Below, piece by piece: positions 39,722 to 48,641 of a stretch of DNA of 64,000 nt (position 1 is the first letter of the stretch; each line of letters starts with the position of its first letter). The notes beneath the pieces are model-generated. The model saw only the letters and a program-made list of their open reading frames with translations, had not been told where the DNA came from and ran no database searches. The position numbers were made by a program, and so were the translations under genes. The DNA is taken from the NCBI GenBank assembly GCA_963678065.2, contig CAXXVZ010000004.1:224001-288000 (forward strand), written 5' to 3'. The stretch is from Treponemataceae bacterium. Lineage in GTDB: Bacteria > Spirochaetota > Spirochaetia > Treponematales > Rectinemataceae.

Positions 39722-40842
39722 GACTGCACATCGTCGGAGGTTTCCTCGGCTCGGGCAAGACGACTGCCATCGCGCGGGCCGCGAAACTTCTGGCCGGGCG
39801 CGGACTGAAGGTCGGAGTCGTCACGAACGACCAGGGCAAGAGCCTCGTCGACACAATCTTCATGGACTCTGCGGGCGCGCCGAGGACGGAGGTGACGGGC
39901 GGATGCTTTTGCTGTCGCTACGAAGATTTCACGGACAGACTCGCCGCCTTCGCCGCAGAGGAGAGGCCCGACTGGATCTTCGCGGAGGCCGTGGGCTCCT
40001 GCGCCGACGTCGTCGCCACCGTCGTGCTGCCCATCGCGCAGGCCATCAGGGGAGCGAGCTTCGGGGCGCTGGGATTCACGGGCGCACCGACTTTTTCCGT
40101 GCTCTGCGACTCCCGCCTGCTGCAGCGCAGGCTCCTCGGCCAGCCCCTGCCCTTCTCGGAGGACCTCACATACCTCTTCGACAAGCAGATCGCCGAGGCT
40201 GGCCTCATCGTCGCGAACAAGTCCGACCTCGTCGCCGACAACCAGGCCTTCCGCACCCTCTTCGAGGAGAAGTTCCCTGGAAGGCCCTGGCGCATGCAGT
40301 CCGCGAAGTCCGACGCGGACATCCTGGGCTGGACGACCGCGCTGGATCAGGCGGGCGCGGAACTCGCCGGCAGGCCCGAGGAGGTCGACTACGAGCGCTA
40401 CGGGCGCGCCGAGGCCGGGCTCGCCTGGGCGGACTCGGAGATCCTCCTCGAATCCGCGCCGGAAAATCCGGGAGTCGAGCTCGGGGCGGCCTTCCGCAGC
40501 CTCTTTCTCGCCCTCGTGGCGCGGGTGAAGAAGGAAATCGGCCCGGCCGGCCACGCGAAGGCCTTCGCGGGCGACGCTCGCGCCGGCGGGAAAATCAGCA
40601 TCGTCTCCGCGGGGACCGACGAAGGCATCAGGATGGAATTGCCCGAGTTCCACGACTCTCTGCCTGTCCTCCTCAACCTCAGGATCGAGGGATCGCCAGA
40701 GCGGCTGGAAGCCGTCATGCGGGCAGGACTCGCGGAGCTCGGCGCAAAGCTCGGGATCGCCGTCACCATCCGCTCGATGAGTGTCTTCAGCCCCTCGCCT
40801 CCCCTGGTGCCGGCGCAGAGGGTCGGGCAAACAAAGGCGTGA
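39718..40842 (+). CDS. CobW/COG0523-like G3E GTPase (metallochaperone)
   Basis: GGFLGSGKTT, NDQG, GCFCC, EAVGSC and NKSD motifs. ATGA overlap with the upstream gene. Confidence 0.88.
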   Translation: MRLHIVGGFLGSGKTTAIARAAKLLAGRGLKVGVVTNDQGKSLVDTIFMDSAGAPRTEVTGGCFCCRYEDFTDRLAAFAAEERPDWIFAEAVGSCADVVATVVLPIAQAIRGASFGALGFTGAPTFSVLCDSRLLQRRLLGQPLPFSEDLTYLFDKQIAEAGLIVANKSDLVADNQAFRTLFEEKFPGRPWRMQSAKSDADILGWTTALDQAGAELAGRPEEVDYERYGRAEAGLAWADSEILLESAPENPGVELGAAFRSLFLALVARVKKEIGPAGHAKAFAGDARAGGKISIVSAGTDEGIRMELPEFHDSLPVLLNLRIEGSPERLEAVMRAGLAELGAKLGIAVTIRSMSVFSPSPPLVPAQRVGQTKA

Positions 40843-40924
40843 CGGGGAACGGAATCCGGAGGGCCACAATCAGAGGGCCTGGGTCCGCGATCAGGGGTCT
40901 GGGGGCCGAGAGCCGCGCTCCGGA

Positions 40925-43201
40925 TCAGCCTTCCTTCCGGTTCAGGAGCCCGATGAGTTCATCCATTTTCTCCGGCGAAAACCGCCCTCCCGACATCCGC
41001 ACGATGTTGCGCAGCGGCATTTCGTCGACCATCGCGCCGATCATCAGGGCTTCGACGGAATCAGGATCGGAGTGCCCGAACGAGGCGAAAAGGGCGCCGC
41101 GTATGTCGGCGGCGAATTGCGCGCCGACCGGATGGGCCGCCAGCTCCGCGACTGAGCTATTGAGGTCGAACTCCCTCGCCGACTCCTTCGATGAGGCGAT
41201 GGAGATCCTCTTCGTCAGGCGGATATCCCGACTCGAGGCGCCGGCCATGATGTCGATCTTTCCCGTCTCGACCCTCCACCCGCGCAGGTCGGAGTCCCAG
41301 AACGCGAAGGCCCGTCCGGAAAGCGTGAAAACGACGGTCTTCTCTTCGCCAGGCTGGAGGAAAACCTTCTCGAAGGCCTTCAATTCCTTCACCGGGCGGG
41401 CGATGGAGGATCCTGGGTGCCCGAGGTAGAGTTGCACGACTTCCTTGCCGGGAACGCTCCCCGTATTCCGCACCCGCAGGGATACCTTCAGCGTATCCGC
41501 GTCGGAGATCGAATCCCTGTCCGTTTCGAGGCCTGAGTATTCGAAGCTCGTGTACGAAAGGCCGAAACCGAAGGGGAAGAGCGGCTCGATGGCCAGGGCG
41601 TCGTAGTGGCGGTACCCCACGAAGATGCCTTCCCTGTAATGGACTCTTCGCCCCTGTCCCGGGAAATCGAGGTAGGAGGAATTGTCCTCGAGCCGGCGCG
41701 GAAACGTTTCCGCGAGCTTTCCGCTCGGGTTCACGTCGCCGCTCAGGATATCGGCCACCGCGCCGCCCCATGCCTGCCCTCCGAGGTAGCTCTCGAGCAC
41801 CGCCCTCGCATCGCCGAGCCAGGGCATCTCGACGGGAGAGCCGTTGCTGAGAACGACGACTATGTTCTTCTGCGCTTCCCTGACGGCCGCCAGGAGGGCG
41901 GTGTGGCTCTCCGGAAGGCGGATGTGCTGCCGGTCAAAGCCCTCGGACTCGTAGCGGTCGATGAGGCCGATGAACAGCACCGCGACATCCGCCTCCCCGG
42001 CGACCCGTTTCGCTTCCTCGATCAGAGCCGCGTCGGGCTCGGGCATGCGCGGGTCGTAGCCGGGCGCGTATGTGAGGATCGCGGCTCCTCCGAACTTCTT
42101 TCCGATTTCTTCCACCGCGTCGTCTACGCAAGTCGGCGCGATGTGCGAGCTTCCTCCGCCCTGATAGCGGGGACTGCGCGCGAAGGCCCCGATCAGCGCG
42201 ATCTTCCCGGAACCGGCGAGCGGCAGGATGCCGTCGTTTTTCAGGAGCACCATGCATTCGCCCGCGATGCGCCGCGCCTCGGCGTGGTGCAGGTCCGCGT
42301 CGAATCGCGCCGCAGGCGACAGGTTCTCCGCGGCCATGAAGGTGACATTCAAGAGGCGTTCCAGCGCGCTGTCGAGGATCGCTTCGTCGAGCGCGCCCGA
42401 CCTGACTGCCTCGATGATGGCCTTGTCGTTGATGCCGCCGTTGCCGGGCATCTCGAGTTCCTGGCCGGCTCTGAGTCCTTCGACGCGGTCGTCGCAGGCG
42501 CCCCAGTCCGTCACGACGATGCCCTCGTGTCCCCATTCTTCCTTGAGGACTTCCGTGAGGAGCCATCGGTTCTGCGAGCAGTAGGCGCCATTCAGCTTGT
42601 TGTAGGCGCACATGACGGTCCAGGGCTGGCTCTCTTTGACCGCGGTCTCGAAAGCGGGCAGATAGATCTCGCGCAACGTCCTCTCGTCCACGACGACGTC
42701 GGTCAGCATGCGCGATTTTTCCTGGTTGTTCGCCGCGAAATGCTTGATCGAGGCGCCGACACCCTGCGACTGGACTCCCTTGATGTGGTGCTTGGCCATT
42801 TCGCCCGCGAGGAAAGGATCCTCCGACAGGTACTCGAAATTCCTGCCACAGAGGGGGCTCCGCTTGATGTTGACGGCGGGGCCGAGCAGCACGGACACTT
42901 GCTCCGCCTTGGCTTCGGCGCCCGCGCTCCGCCCCATGCGCTCGATCAGTTCCCTGTCCCAGCTCGCGGCGAGACCCACGCCCGAGGGGAAACAGGTGGC
43001 CGGAACGCTGGCGTTGAGCCCCACGTGGTCGGCGGCTGCGCTCTGCTTGCGCAGGCCATGCGGGCCATCGGTCATCATGATCGACGGGATGCCCAGGCGC
43101 GCGATTTCTTTGGTTGTCCAGAAATCCTTGCCCGAGCAGAGCGAACTCTTTTCCTCGAGCGTCATGCGGGAGATGATTTCCCTGATCTTCGCTTTATCCA
43201 T
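40925..43201 (-). CDS. GH3 beta-glucosidase with Fn3-like domain
   Basis: TDGPHGLR, GRNFEY.SEDP, KHFAAN, TDWG, ESEGFDR and YREGIFVGYR motifs. No signal peptide. Confidence 0.95.
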   Translation of the reverse strand: MDKAKIREIISRMTLEEKSSLCSGKDFWTTKEIARLGIPSIMMTDGPHGLRKQSAAADHVGLNASVPATCFPSGVGLAASWDRELIERMGRSAGAEAKAEQVSVLLGPAVNIKRSPLCGRNFEYLSEDPFLAGEMAKHHIKGVQSQGVGASIKHFAANNQEKSRMLTDVVVDERTLREIYLPAFETAVKESQPWTVMCAYNKLNGAYCSQNRWLLTEVLKEEWGHEGIVVTDWGACDDRVEGLRAGQELEMPGNGGINDKAIIEAVRSGALDEAILDSALERLLNVTFMAAENLSPAARFDADLHHAEARRIAGECMVLLKNDGILPLAGSGKIALIGAFARSPRYQGGGSSHIAPTCVDDAVEEIGKKFGGAAILTYAPGYDPRMPEPDAALIEEAKRVAGEADVAVLFIGLIDRYESEGFDRQHIRLPESHTALLAAVREAQKNIVVVLSNGSPVEMPWLGDARAVLESYLGGQAWGGAVADILSGDVNPSGKLAETFPRRLEDNSSYLDFPGQGRRVHYREGIFVGYRHYDALAIEPLFPFGFGLSYTSFEYSGLETDRDSISDADTLKVSLRVRNTGSVPGKEVVQLYLGHPGSSIARPVKELKAFEKVFLQPGEEKTVVFTLSGRAFAFWDSDLRGWRVETGKIDIMAGASSRDIRLTKRISIASSKESAREFDLNSSVAELAAHPVGAQFAADIRGALFASFGHSDPDSVEALMIGAMVDEMPLRNIVRMSGGRFSPEKMDELIGLLNRKEG

Positions 43202-43254
43202 GCTGCCTCTCCTCGTCTACTGTACAAAAATCATTCGATCGAATCCGTTCCGGC

Positions 43255-44094
43255 TCAGGTTCGCCGTGCGGGGAATGTCCGACAGAGGAATTCGTCGATC
43301 CATCCGTCCAGGAATTCCCAGGTATGGCCACCCTCCGCTTCGTGCCATTCCAGTGCAAAGGGATCGCCGGGAAGAAAGGCGAAGTAGTCGCGCGTCCGGC
43401 GCGCGTTCTCCAGGAAGGGATCGTCGCGACCGCAGGCCATGAAGACGGCGGGCGCACGGGCTTCCGAAGAGAGGGCCCGGTCGGCGAGGTGGAAGATGTC
43501 GTTGGGCGATCCCATCAGCCGTGGAAGGTCGTAAATCGTCGCCGCTCCTCCGATGCCGAATGAGAGAAGAGGGACGCGTTCTTGAGCCGCCGGCATAGCC
43601 GAAAGGACTGCAGGGGACGGAGAAGGGCCTGCCGGGAAGTTGCCGCCCGAGAGGCAGGCGACGGCGCGATAGTTTTCGGGGAAGCTCAGCGCGATCTTGA
43701 GGGCGCCGTATCCTCCCATCCAGCCGCCCGCGATGACATTGTCTTCTCTCCGGGCGGAGAGGGGAAAGAAATCCCTGCAGATCGCGGGAAGTTCCCGCGA
43801 AACGAAATCGAAATACCGGAAGCCGTACTCCATGTTCGCGTAGAAGCTCGTCTCCGCGGCCGGCATGACGACGGCGACGCCCAGCTTTTCCGCGTATCGC
43901 TCGATGGAAGTGTTCCTCTGCCATGCGGTATGGTCCCCGCCTTCGCCGTGCAGGAGCCAGAGCACCGGCAGCGCAAGGGCCCCGGAATCCCTCGATCCGG
44001 CCAGGGCGCGGGCCGCCTCGAGGGGAAGCACCACGTCCATGCTCACGTTCAGAAGGAGAGTCTCGGAAAAAAAATTCGCGTGCAACAGCGCCAT
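43255..44094 (-). CDS. Esterase-family alpha/beta hydrolase with the nucleophile Ser replaced by Trp
   Basis: LWLLHG, TSIERYA, AVVMP and GGHTWEF motifs. The nucleophile elbow reads GGWMG instead of GxSxG. Confidence 0.8.
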   Translation of the reverse strand: MALLHANFFSETLLLNVSMDVVLPLEAARALAGSRDSGALALPVLWLLHGEGGDHTAWQRNTSIERYAEKLGVAVVMPAAETSFYANMEYGFRYFDFVSRELPAICRDFFPLSARREDNVIAGGWMGGYGALKIALSFPENYRAVACLSGGNFPAGPSPSPAVLSAMPAAQERVPLLSFGIGGAATIYDLPRLMGSPNDIFHLADRALSSEARAPAVFMACGRDDPFLENARRTRDYFAFLPGDPFALEWHEAEGGHTWEFLDGWIDEFLCRTFPARRT

Positions 44095-44100
44095 GATTGC

Positions 44101-44904
44101 CTATCCTTGTCGTTCGAGAGGGATGGTCGCCAGAAACTTCCTGATCCATTCGTCCCAGAACTCCCAGCTGTGGCTCCCGGGAGGGGCGTGGAACTCGTAG
44201 CGGAAAGGATTCCCGGGGAAGGATTCCATGAAAGCCTTCAGTTCCAGAGCATTCCCGTAGGCGAAATCTTCGCTGCCGCAGGCGTGGAAAAATCGCGGGA
44301 GTCGCGACCCGCTCAGGACCGCGGCTTTTGCGAGGTGGTAGAGATCGTGCTCCGTCCCCGCGAGCGCAAGGGAATTCTCCACCCCGAACACAGTCATGTT
44401 GCGCTTCGCGATATCGAAGAACGCCGGAATGTTCCGGTTGAATATCGAGTTTCCCGCCGAGAATCCGCCTGCGGCCGCATACCGTCCGGGATGGCTGAGG
44501 GCTATTTTGAAGGCGCCGTAGCAGCCCATCGAAAGGCCCGCGATGAAATTGCGCGCAGGCTCGGCGGACATTTTCGGAAAGAGCGATCTGCATATCTCCG
44601 GCAATTCTTCGGCGATATAGGTAAAGTAGTCCTTGCCGTAGACCATGTCGGTGTAGGAACTGAGGGCGGCGGCCGGCATCACGACGGCCAGTCCGAGGGG
44701 GGCGACGTAGCGCTCGATCGCCGTCCGGCGCCGCCAGATCGTGTGGTCGTCAGTCGCGCCGTGCAGAAGCCACAACACGGGGTGCTCGGTGTCCCCCTTT
44801 GCACCGCTGACGCCCACGCCGCTCGCCCGCTGGGGGAGTATGACGTCGAAGGATACGTCCCCGCCCAGAGCGCGGGAGACGCAATGTACCTGGAATAATG
44901 CCAT
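44101..44904 (-). CDS. Esterase-family alpha/beta hydrolase (putative acetyl/feruloyl esterase)
   Basis: LWLLHG, GLSMG, CGSED and GSHSWEFW triad motifs. Confidence 0.88.
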   Translation of the reverse strand: MALFQVHCVSRALGGDVSFDVILPQRASGVGVSGAKGDTEHPVLWLLHGATDDHTIWRRRTAIERYVAPLGLAVVMPAAALSSYTDMVYGKDYFTYIAEELPEICRSLFPKMSAEPARNFIAGLSMGCYGAFKIALSHPGRYAAAGGFSAGNSIFNRNIPAFFDIAKRNMTVFGVENSLALAGTEHDLYHLAKAAVLSGSRLPRFFHACGSEDFAYGNALELKAFMESFPGNPFRYEFHAPPGSHSWEFWDEWIRKFLATIPLERQG

Positions 44905-44929
44905 GTGTCGCTTTCCTCCGTCAGTCGGC

Positions 44930-45820
44930 TCAGCCTTTGATGGAGCCGATCATCACGCCTTTCACGAAGTATTTCTGGACGAAGGGGTAGACACAGAGTA
45001 TCGGCACCGTCGATACCACGATCGTCGCATATTTTATCAGCGGTTTGTAGATGTCGAGATTGTCGGACACCATCTGCCCGGCCGAACTCATCCCGCTCGT
45101 CTGATTCTCGAGGAGTATCTCCCGCAAGAGGAGCTGCAGGGGATACATGCTCCGGTCCTTGATGAATATCGACGCGGAGAACCATCCGTTCCATTGCCCG
45201 ACTGCGTAGAAGAGGACGAGCACGGCGAAGGTCGCTTTCACGACGGGCAAGAGGATGCGGAACATGATCGTGAGGTCGCCGGCTCCGTCGAGCCGGGCCG
45301 ATTCCTCGAGGCTGTCGGGCACCGCGAGGAAGGCAGTGCGCATGATGATGATGTTCATGACCGAGAGGGCTGAGGGGATCAGGAGCGCCCACCGCGTGTA
45401 GATGAGGTGGAGGTTCCTCACAAGAAGGAAGAAAGGAATGAGTCCGCCGTTGAAGAGCATGGTGAAGGTCATGAAAAACATCAAAGCGCGGCGGTATTTC
45501 AGGCGCTTCCGGGACACGACGTAGCCCGCCGTCAGCGTCAGCACCGCGCTGATCGTCGTACCGGCGACGACGTAAAAGATCGTGTTGAGGTAGCCGGTGA
45601 CGATATTCGGATTCCGGAAGATCAGCCTGTAGCCGTTGAAACTCACTTCTCCCCGCGGCCAGAGCATGATCCCCGACATCGAATTGACGATTCCCGGTTC
45701 GCTTATGGACATGAAGAACACATGCAAAAGGGGCGCGATGCAAAAGAAGGCAATCGCCGAAAGGATCAATGTGTTCGTCCCGTCAAAAACCCATTTTCCG
45801 AAGCTTTTTCTTCCCACCAT
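44930..45820 (-). CDS. Carbohydrate ABC transporter permease (LplC/YtcP-like)
   Basis: ESARLDGA EAA loop, QWNGWF and YPFVQKYFVKG motifs. Confidence 0.92.
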   Translation of the reverse strand: MVGRKSFGKWVFDGTNTLILSAIAFFCIAPLLHVFFMSISEPGIVNSMSGIMLWPRGEVSFNGYRLIFRNPNIVTGYLNTIFYVVAGTTISAVLTLTAGYVVSRKRLKYRRALMFFMTFTMLFNGGLIPFFLLVRNLHLIYTRWALLIPSALSVMNIIIMRTAFLAVPDSLEESARLDGAGDLTIMFRILLPVVKATFAVLVLFYAVGQWNGWFSASIFIKDRSMYPLQLLLREILLENQTSGMSSAGQMVSDNLDIYKPLIKYATIVVSTVPILCVYPFVQKYFVKGVMIGSIKG

Positions 45821-45830
45821 CTCGCGTTCC

Positions 45831-46742
45831 TCAGAAAAGACTTGTTTCCGTGTATTTCCTGCTAAGGAAATTCGTGAACAGGAGCATCGCGGAGTTGATC
45901 ACGGAATTGAAAATTCCGACCGCGGTGCTGAAGCTGAAGTTCATGTCGAGAAGTCCCTTCCTGTACGTGAATGTCGAGATGATGTCCGAGGTCTCGTAGG
46001 TCGCGGGGTTGTACAGCAGCAGCACTTTTTCGAAACCGACGTTGAACATCATGCCCATCCTGAGGATGAGCAGGATCACGATCGTGGGCGCGAGGCAGGG
46101 AAGCGTGATGCTCCATGTCTGCCGCCACCGGCCCGCTCCGTCGATCTTCGCGGCTTCGTACAGTTCGGGATCTATCGAAGACAGGGCCGCGAGATAGATG
46201 ATGCTGTTGTAGCCCATGCCCTGCCACATGTTGGACCCGACATAGATGGGGCGGAACCATTCGGGATTGCCGAGGAGGTTACCCCTGGGACCACCGAAGA
46301 GGCGGACGAGCTGGGACAATACTCCGGTGCTCGCGCTGAATTCCGACACTATCCCGCAGATGACCACGAGCGAGACGAAGTAGGGCATGTAGCTGATGGT
46401 CTGTATCGTGCGTTTGAAGGCCTTGTTGATCACTTCGTTGAGCATGAGCGCGAAAATGATCGGGAGGGGAAAATTGAAGAAGAGATCGAAGAAGCTCAGG
46501 AGGAAGGTATTGCGGAAGAGACGCCAGAAATAGTAGCTGCCGAAGAAATCCGTGAAATTCTTCAGTCCGACCCAGGGGCTCTTGATGACTCCGAGACCAG
46601 GCTCGTAATGCTGGAAGGCCATGACGACTCCTGTCATCGGGATGTAGCTGAATATGATGAAATAGGCGAGTATCGGCAGAGCCATGAGGTAAACCGCCGT
46701 ATTCCTGCGGATGTCCAAAGCGAGGCTTCTGAAGAATTTCAC
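45831..46742 (-). CDS. Carbohydrate ABC transporter permease (LplB-like)
   Basis: GTG at 46742 after GGGAGA. SPWVGLKNF, YEAAKIDGA and FEKVLLLYN motifs. Confidence 0.92.
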   Translation of the reverse strand: MKFFRSLALDIRRNTAVYLMALPILAYFIIFSYIPMTGVVMAFQHYEPGLGVIKSPWVGLKNFTDFFGSYYFWRLFRNTFLLSFFDLFFNFPLPIIFALMLNEVINKAFKRTIQTISYMPYFVSLVVICGIVSEFSASTGVLSQLVRLFGGPRGNLLGNPEWFRPIYVGSNMWQGMGYNSIIYLAALSSIDPELYEAAKIDGAGRWRQTWSITLPCLAPTIVILLILRMGMMFNVGFEKVLLLYNPATYETSDIISTFTYRKGLLDMNFSFSTAVGIFNSVINSAMLLFTNFLSRKYTETSLF

Positions 46743-46770
46743 ATCGTCTCCCGTATGAAGATTCATCGGA

Positions 46771-46801
46771 CCGGCCGATCCCCGTCGGAAGGATCGGCCG
46801 G
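46771..46801 (-). other. Intercistronic stem-loop after the binding-protein gene
   Basis: CCGGCCGATCC-N9-GGATCGGCCGG. Confidence 0.65.
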
Positions 46802-46868
46802 CGCTGTCCGGAATCGCCCCATGCTGCGGCGCCAAACAGGGACGTCGCGGCCATGATGGGCGCATCCT

Positions 46869-48443
46869 TCACTTGCGGGCGTTGTACCGGTCGAGGGCGG
46901 CCTGCTGGATCTGCAGGGCGCGGTCGATCTTCATGCCGGAAATCTGTTTCACGAAATTGCCGAAGTTGGAGAGCGGCTCTCTGCCGATGATGAACTTCAC
47001 CGTCATCTCCGTCACGTAGGTCGTGATGTCGGGCATGATGTTGCTGTTCTCGGTGGCTTCGGTCTGCGTCAGCGTGATGGGAGGCATCACGTAGCTGATG
47101 TCGTCTTTGCTCCACACCTGCAGAGCCTTGAGCATCGCACTCTGGCCGGAGGCTTCGTAGACCTGCCACATGCGCTTGAAATCCACGACTCCGGGACCGT
47201 CCCAGCGCACGGACTTGGCGAGCGCCTGCTGGGCCGTGAGTCCGCTTGCAGGCTTGGTCACTTTCTCGGTGAACACCGGGATTCCGTTCTTGAGCGTGTA
47301 TGTGTCGCCTTCGGCGCCGTAATTGATGGTGTTGGACCCCTCGGTGGAGTACATCTGGTCGAGGTAGCGCACGGCCGCGACAGGATCCTTGCAGGCCTTC
47401 GTGACAGCCACCGCCTCGCGGACTTCGTACGAGGGGTAGTTGAAATGGATCTGCTGCCCGAGCGTCTTTTTCGGAGCCTGCACTGCCTGGAGATAGAACT
47501 CGGGATTGTTCTTCACATCGCCGCGGAGGACATAGGCGTTGGCTGTCCTTCCCCATATGGTCGGGAAGAGGCCGGCCTTGCCCGTCGCCACGAGGTTGGT
47601 GGGCGCGAGGATCTGGAAACCCGCATCGGTTCGTCCCATGAAATCCGGATCGAGCAGACCTTCCTTGTACCACTGGTTCATGAGCGTCAGGTAGTCCCGG
47701 TATGAGGGCTGCATCGGACCATAGTTCACCTTGCCCTTGACCTGGTAGAAATCGCCGCCGATATCGAAGGCCGAGATGATGTGGTTGTAGAGCGGGACGC
47801 CGGTGTTGTAGACCAGAAGCGGAGCCTCCGCTTTTTTCTTGTCCCGGAAGGTCTTGAGGACAGTATGCCAGTCGTCGAGCGTCACGGGCGCCTTGAGTCC
47901 CAGCTCGTCGAGCCAGTCCTTCCGGATGGCGTAGCCTGTCCAGGCGGGTTCGGCGCCGTCGGTGACATGGTACATTCCCCAGCGCTTGCCTGAGTCGGTG
48001 ACCGTCAGCTTGGCGATGTCGTCGTTCTTGGCAAGCCACTTCTTGTAGTTCGGGGCGTACTGGTCGATCAGCTTGGTCAGATCGAGATAGACCCCATCGG
48101 CGATCGCCTTGTCCGGTCCGCCCGGATAATACAGATTGCCTTCGCGCTCCTGGATCATGTCGGGCAGATCGCCGGAGGCCAGCATCAGATTGAAGTTCTG
48201 TATTTCCTGACCGACCGTCGGATGGATGAAATTGATGTGCACGCCGGTCTTCTTCTCGAATTCTTTCATGCTGGCGGTGTCGTTCCAGCTCTTCAGGATA
48301 TCCACGTGGGCGGGATTGAGTCCTACCCAATACGAAAATGTCGCCGGGGCGAGTTTCTGTACGGTAGCCGCCTGGGAATATCCCGCGACGGCCGCGACGA
48401 GGGCGAATGCCGCGATACAGAGAATGAGTTTCCGATTCTTCAC
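46869..48443 (-). CDS. Oligosaccharide ABC transporter solute-binding protein (LplA-like)
   Basis: GTG at 48443 after AAGGAGG. Signal peptide, LMLASGDLPD, IRKDWLDELGL and KFIIG motifs. Confidence 0.9.
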   Translation of the reverse strand: MKNRKLILCIAAFALVAAVAGYSQAATVQKLAPATFSYWVGLNPAHVDILKSWNDTASMKEFEKKTGVHINFIHPTVGQEIQNFNLMLASGDLPDMIQEREGNLYYPGGPDKAIADGVYLDLTKLIDQYAPNYKKWLAKNDDIAKLTVTDSGKRWGMYHVTDGAEPAWTGYAIRKDWLDELGLKAPVTLDDWHTVLKTFRDKKKAEAPLLVYNTGVPLYNHIISAFDIGGDFYQVKGKVNYGPMQPSYRDYLTLMNQWYKEGLLDPDFMGRTDAGFQILAPTNLVATGKAGLFPTIWGRTANAYVLRGDVKNNPEFYLQAVQAPKKTLGQQIHFNYPSYEVREAVAVTKACKDPVAAVRYLDQMYSTEGSNTINYGAEGDTYTLKNGIPVFTEKVTKPASGLTAQQALAKSVRWDGPGVVDFKRMWQVYEASGQSAMLKALQVWSKDDISYVMPPITLTQTEATENSNIMPDITTYVTEMTVKFIIGREPLSNFGNFVKQISGMKIDRALQIQQAALDRYNARK

Positions 48444-48641
48444 GTCCGAATCCTCCTTGGTGCCGTCCTTGGACGGTCCTTCGCGATTGTAGGGGCGCTT
48501 TTCCGAATCCCGGAAGAGACACATTTTTCGCTGCGACAGAATTTGATACTTTCGTGAATTCCCGCCGGAAACGGGCGATTTCGCCGAAACCGGCTTTTCG
48601 GGGCATTGACTCCGGGCGAAAAGCGAATTATAGGCAGCTGC

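Noticed and set aside
40843..40924. Short imperfect direct repeats (ATCAGAGGGCCTGGG / ATCAGGGGTCTGGG) between convergent genes
   Set aside because: Only two degenerate copies in GC-rich DNA, which is not distinguishable from chance or terminator-region sequence.
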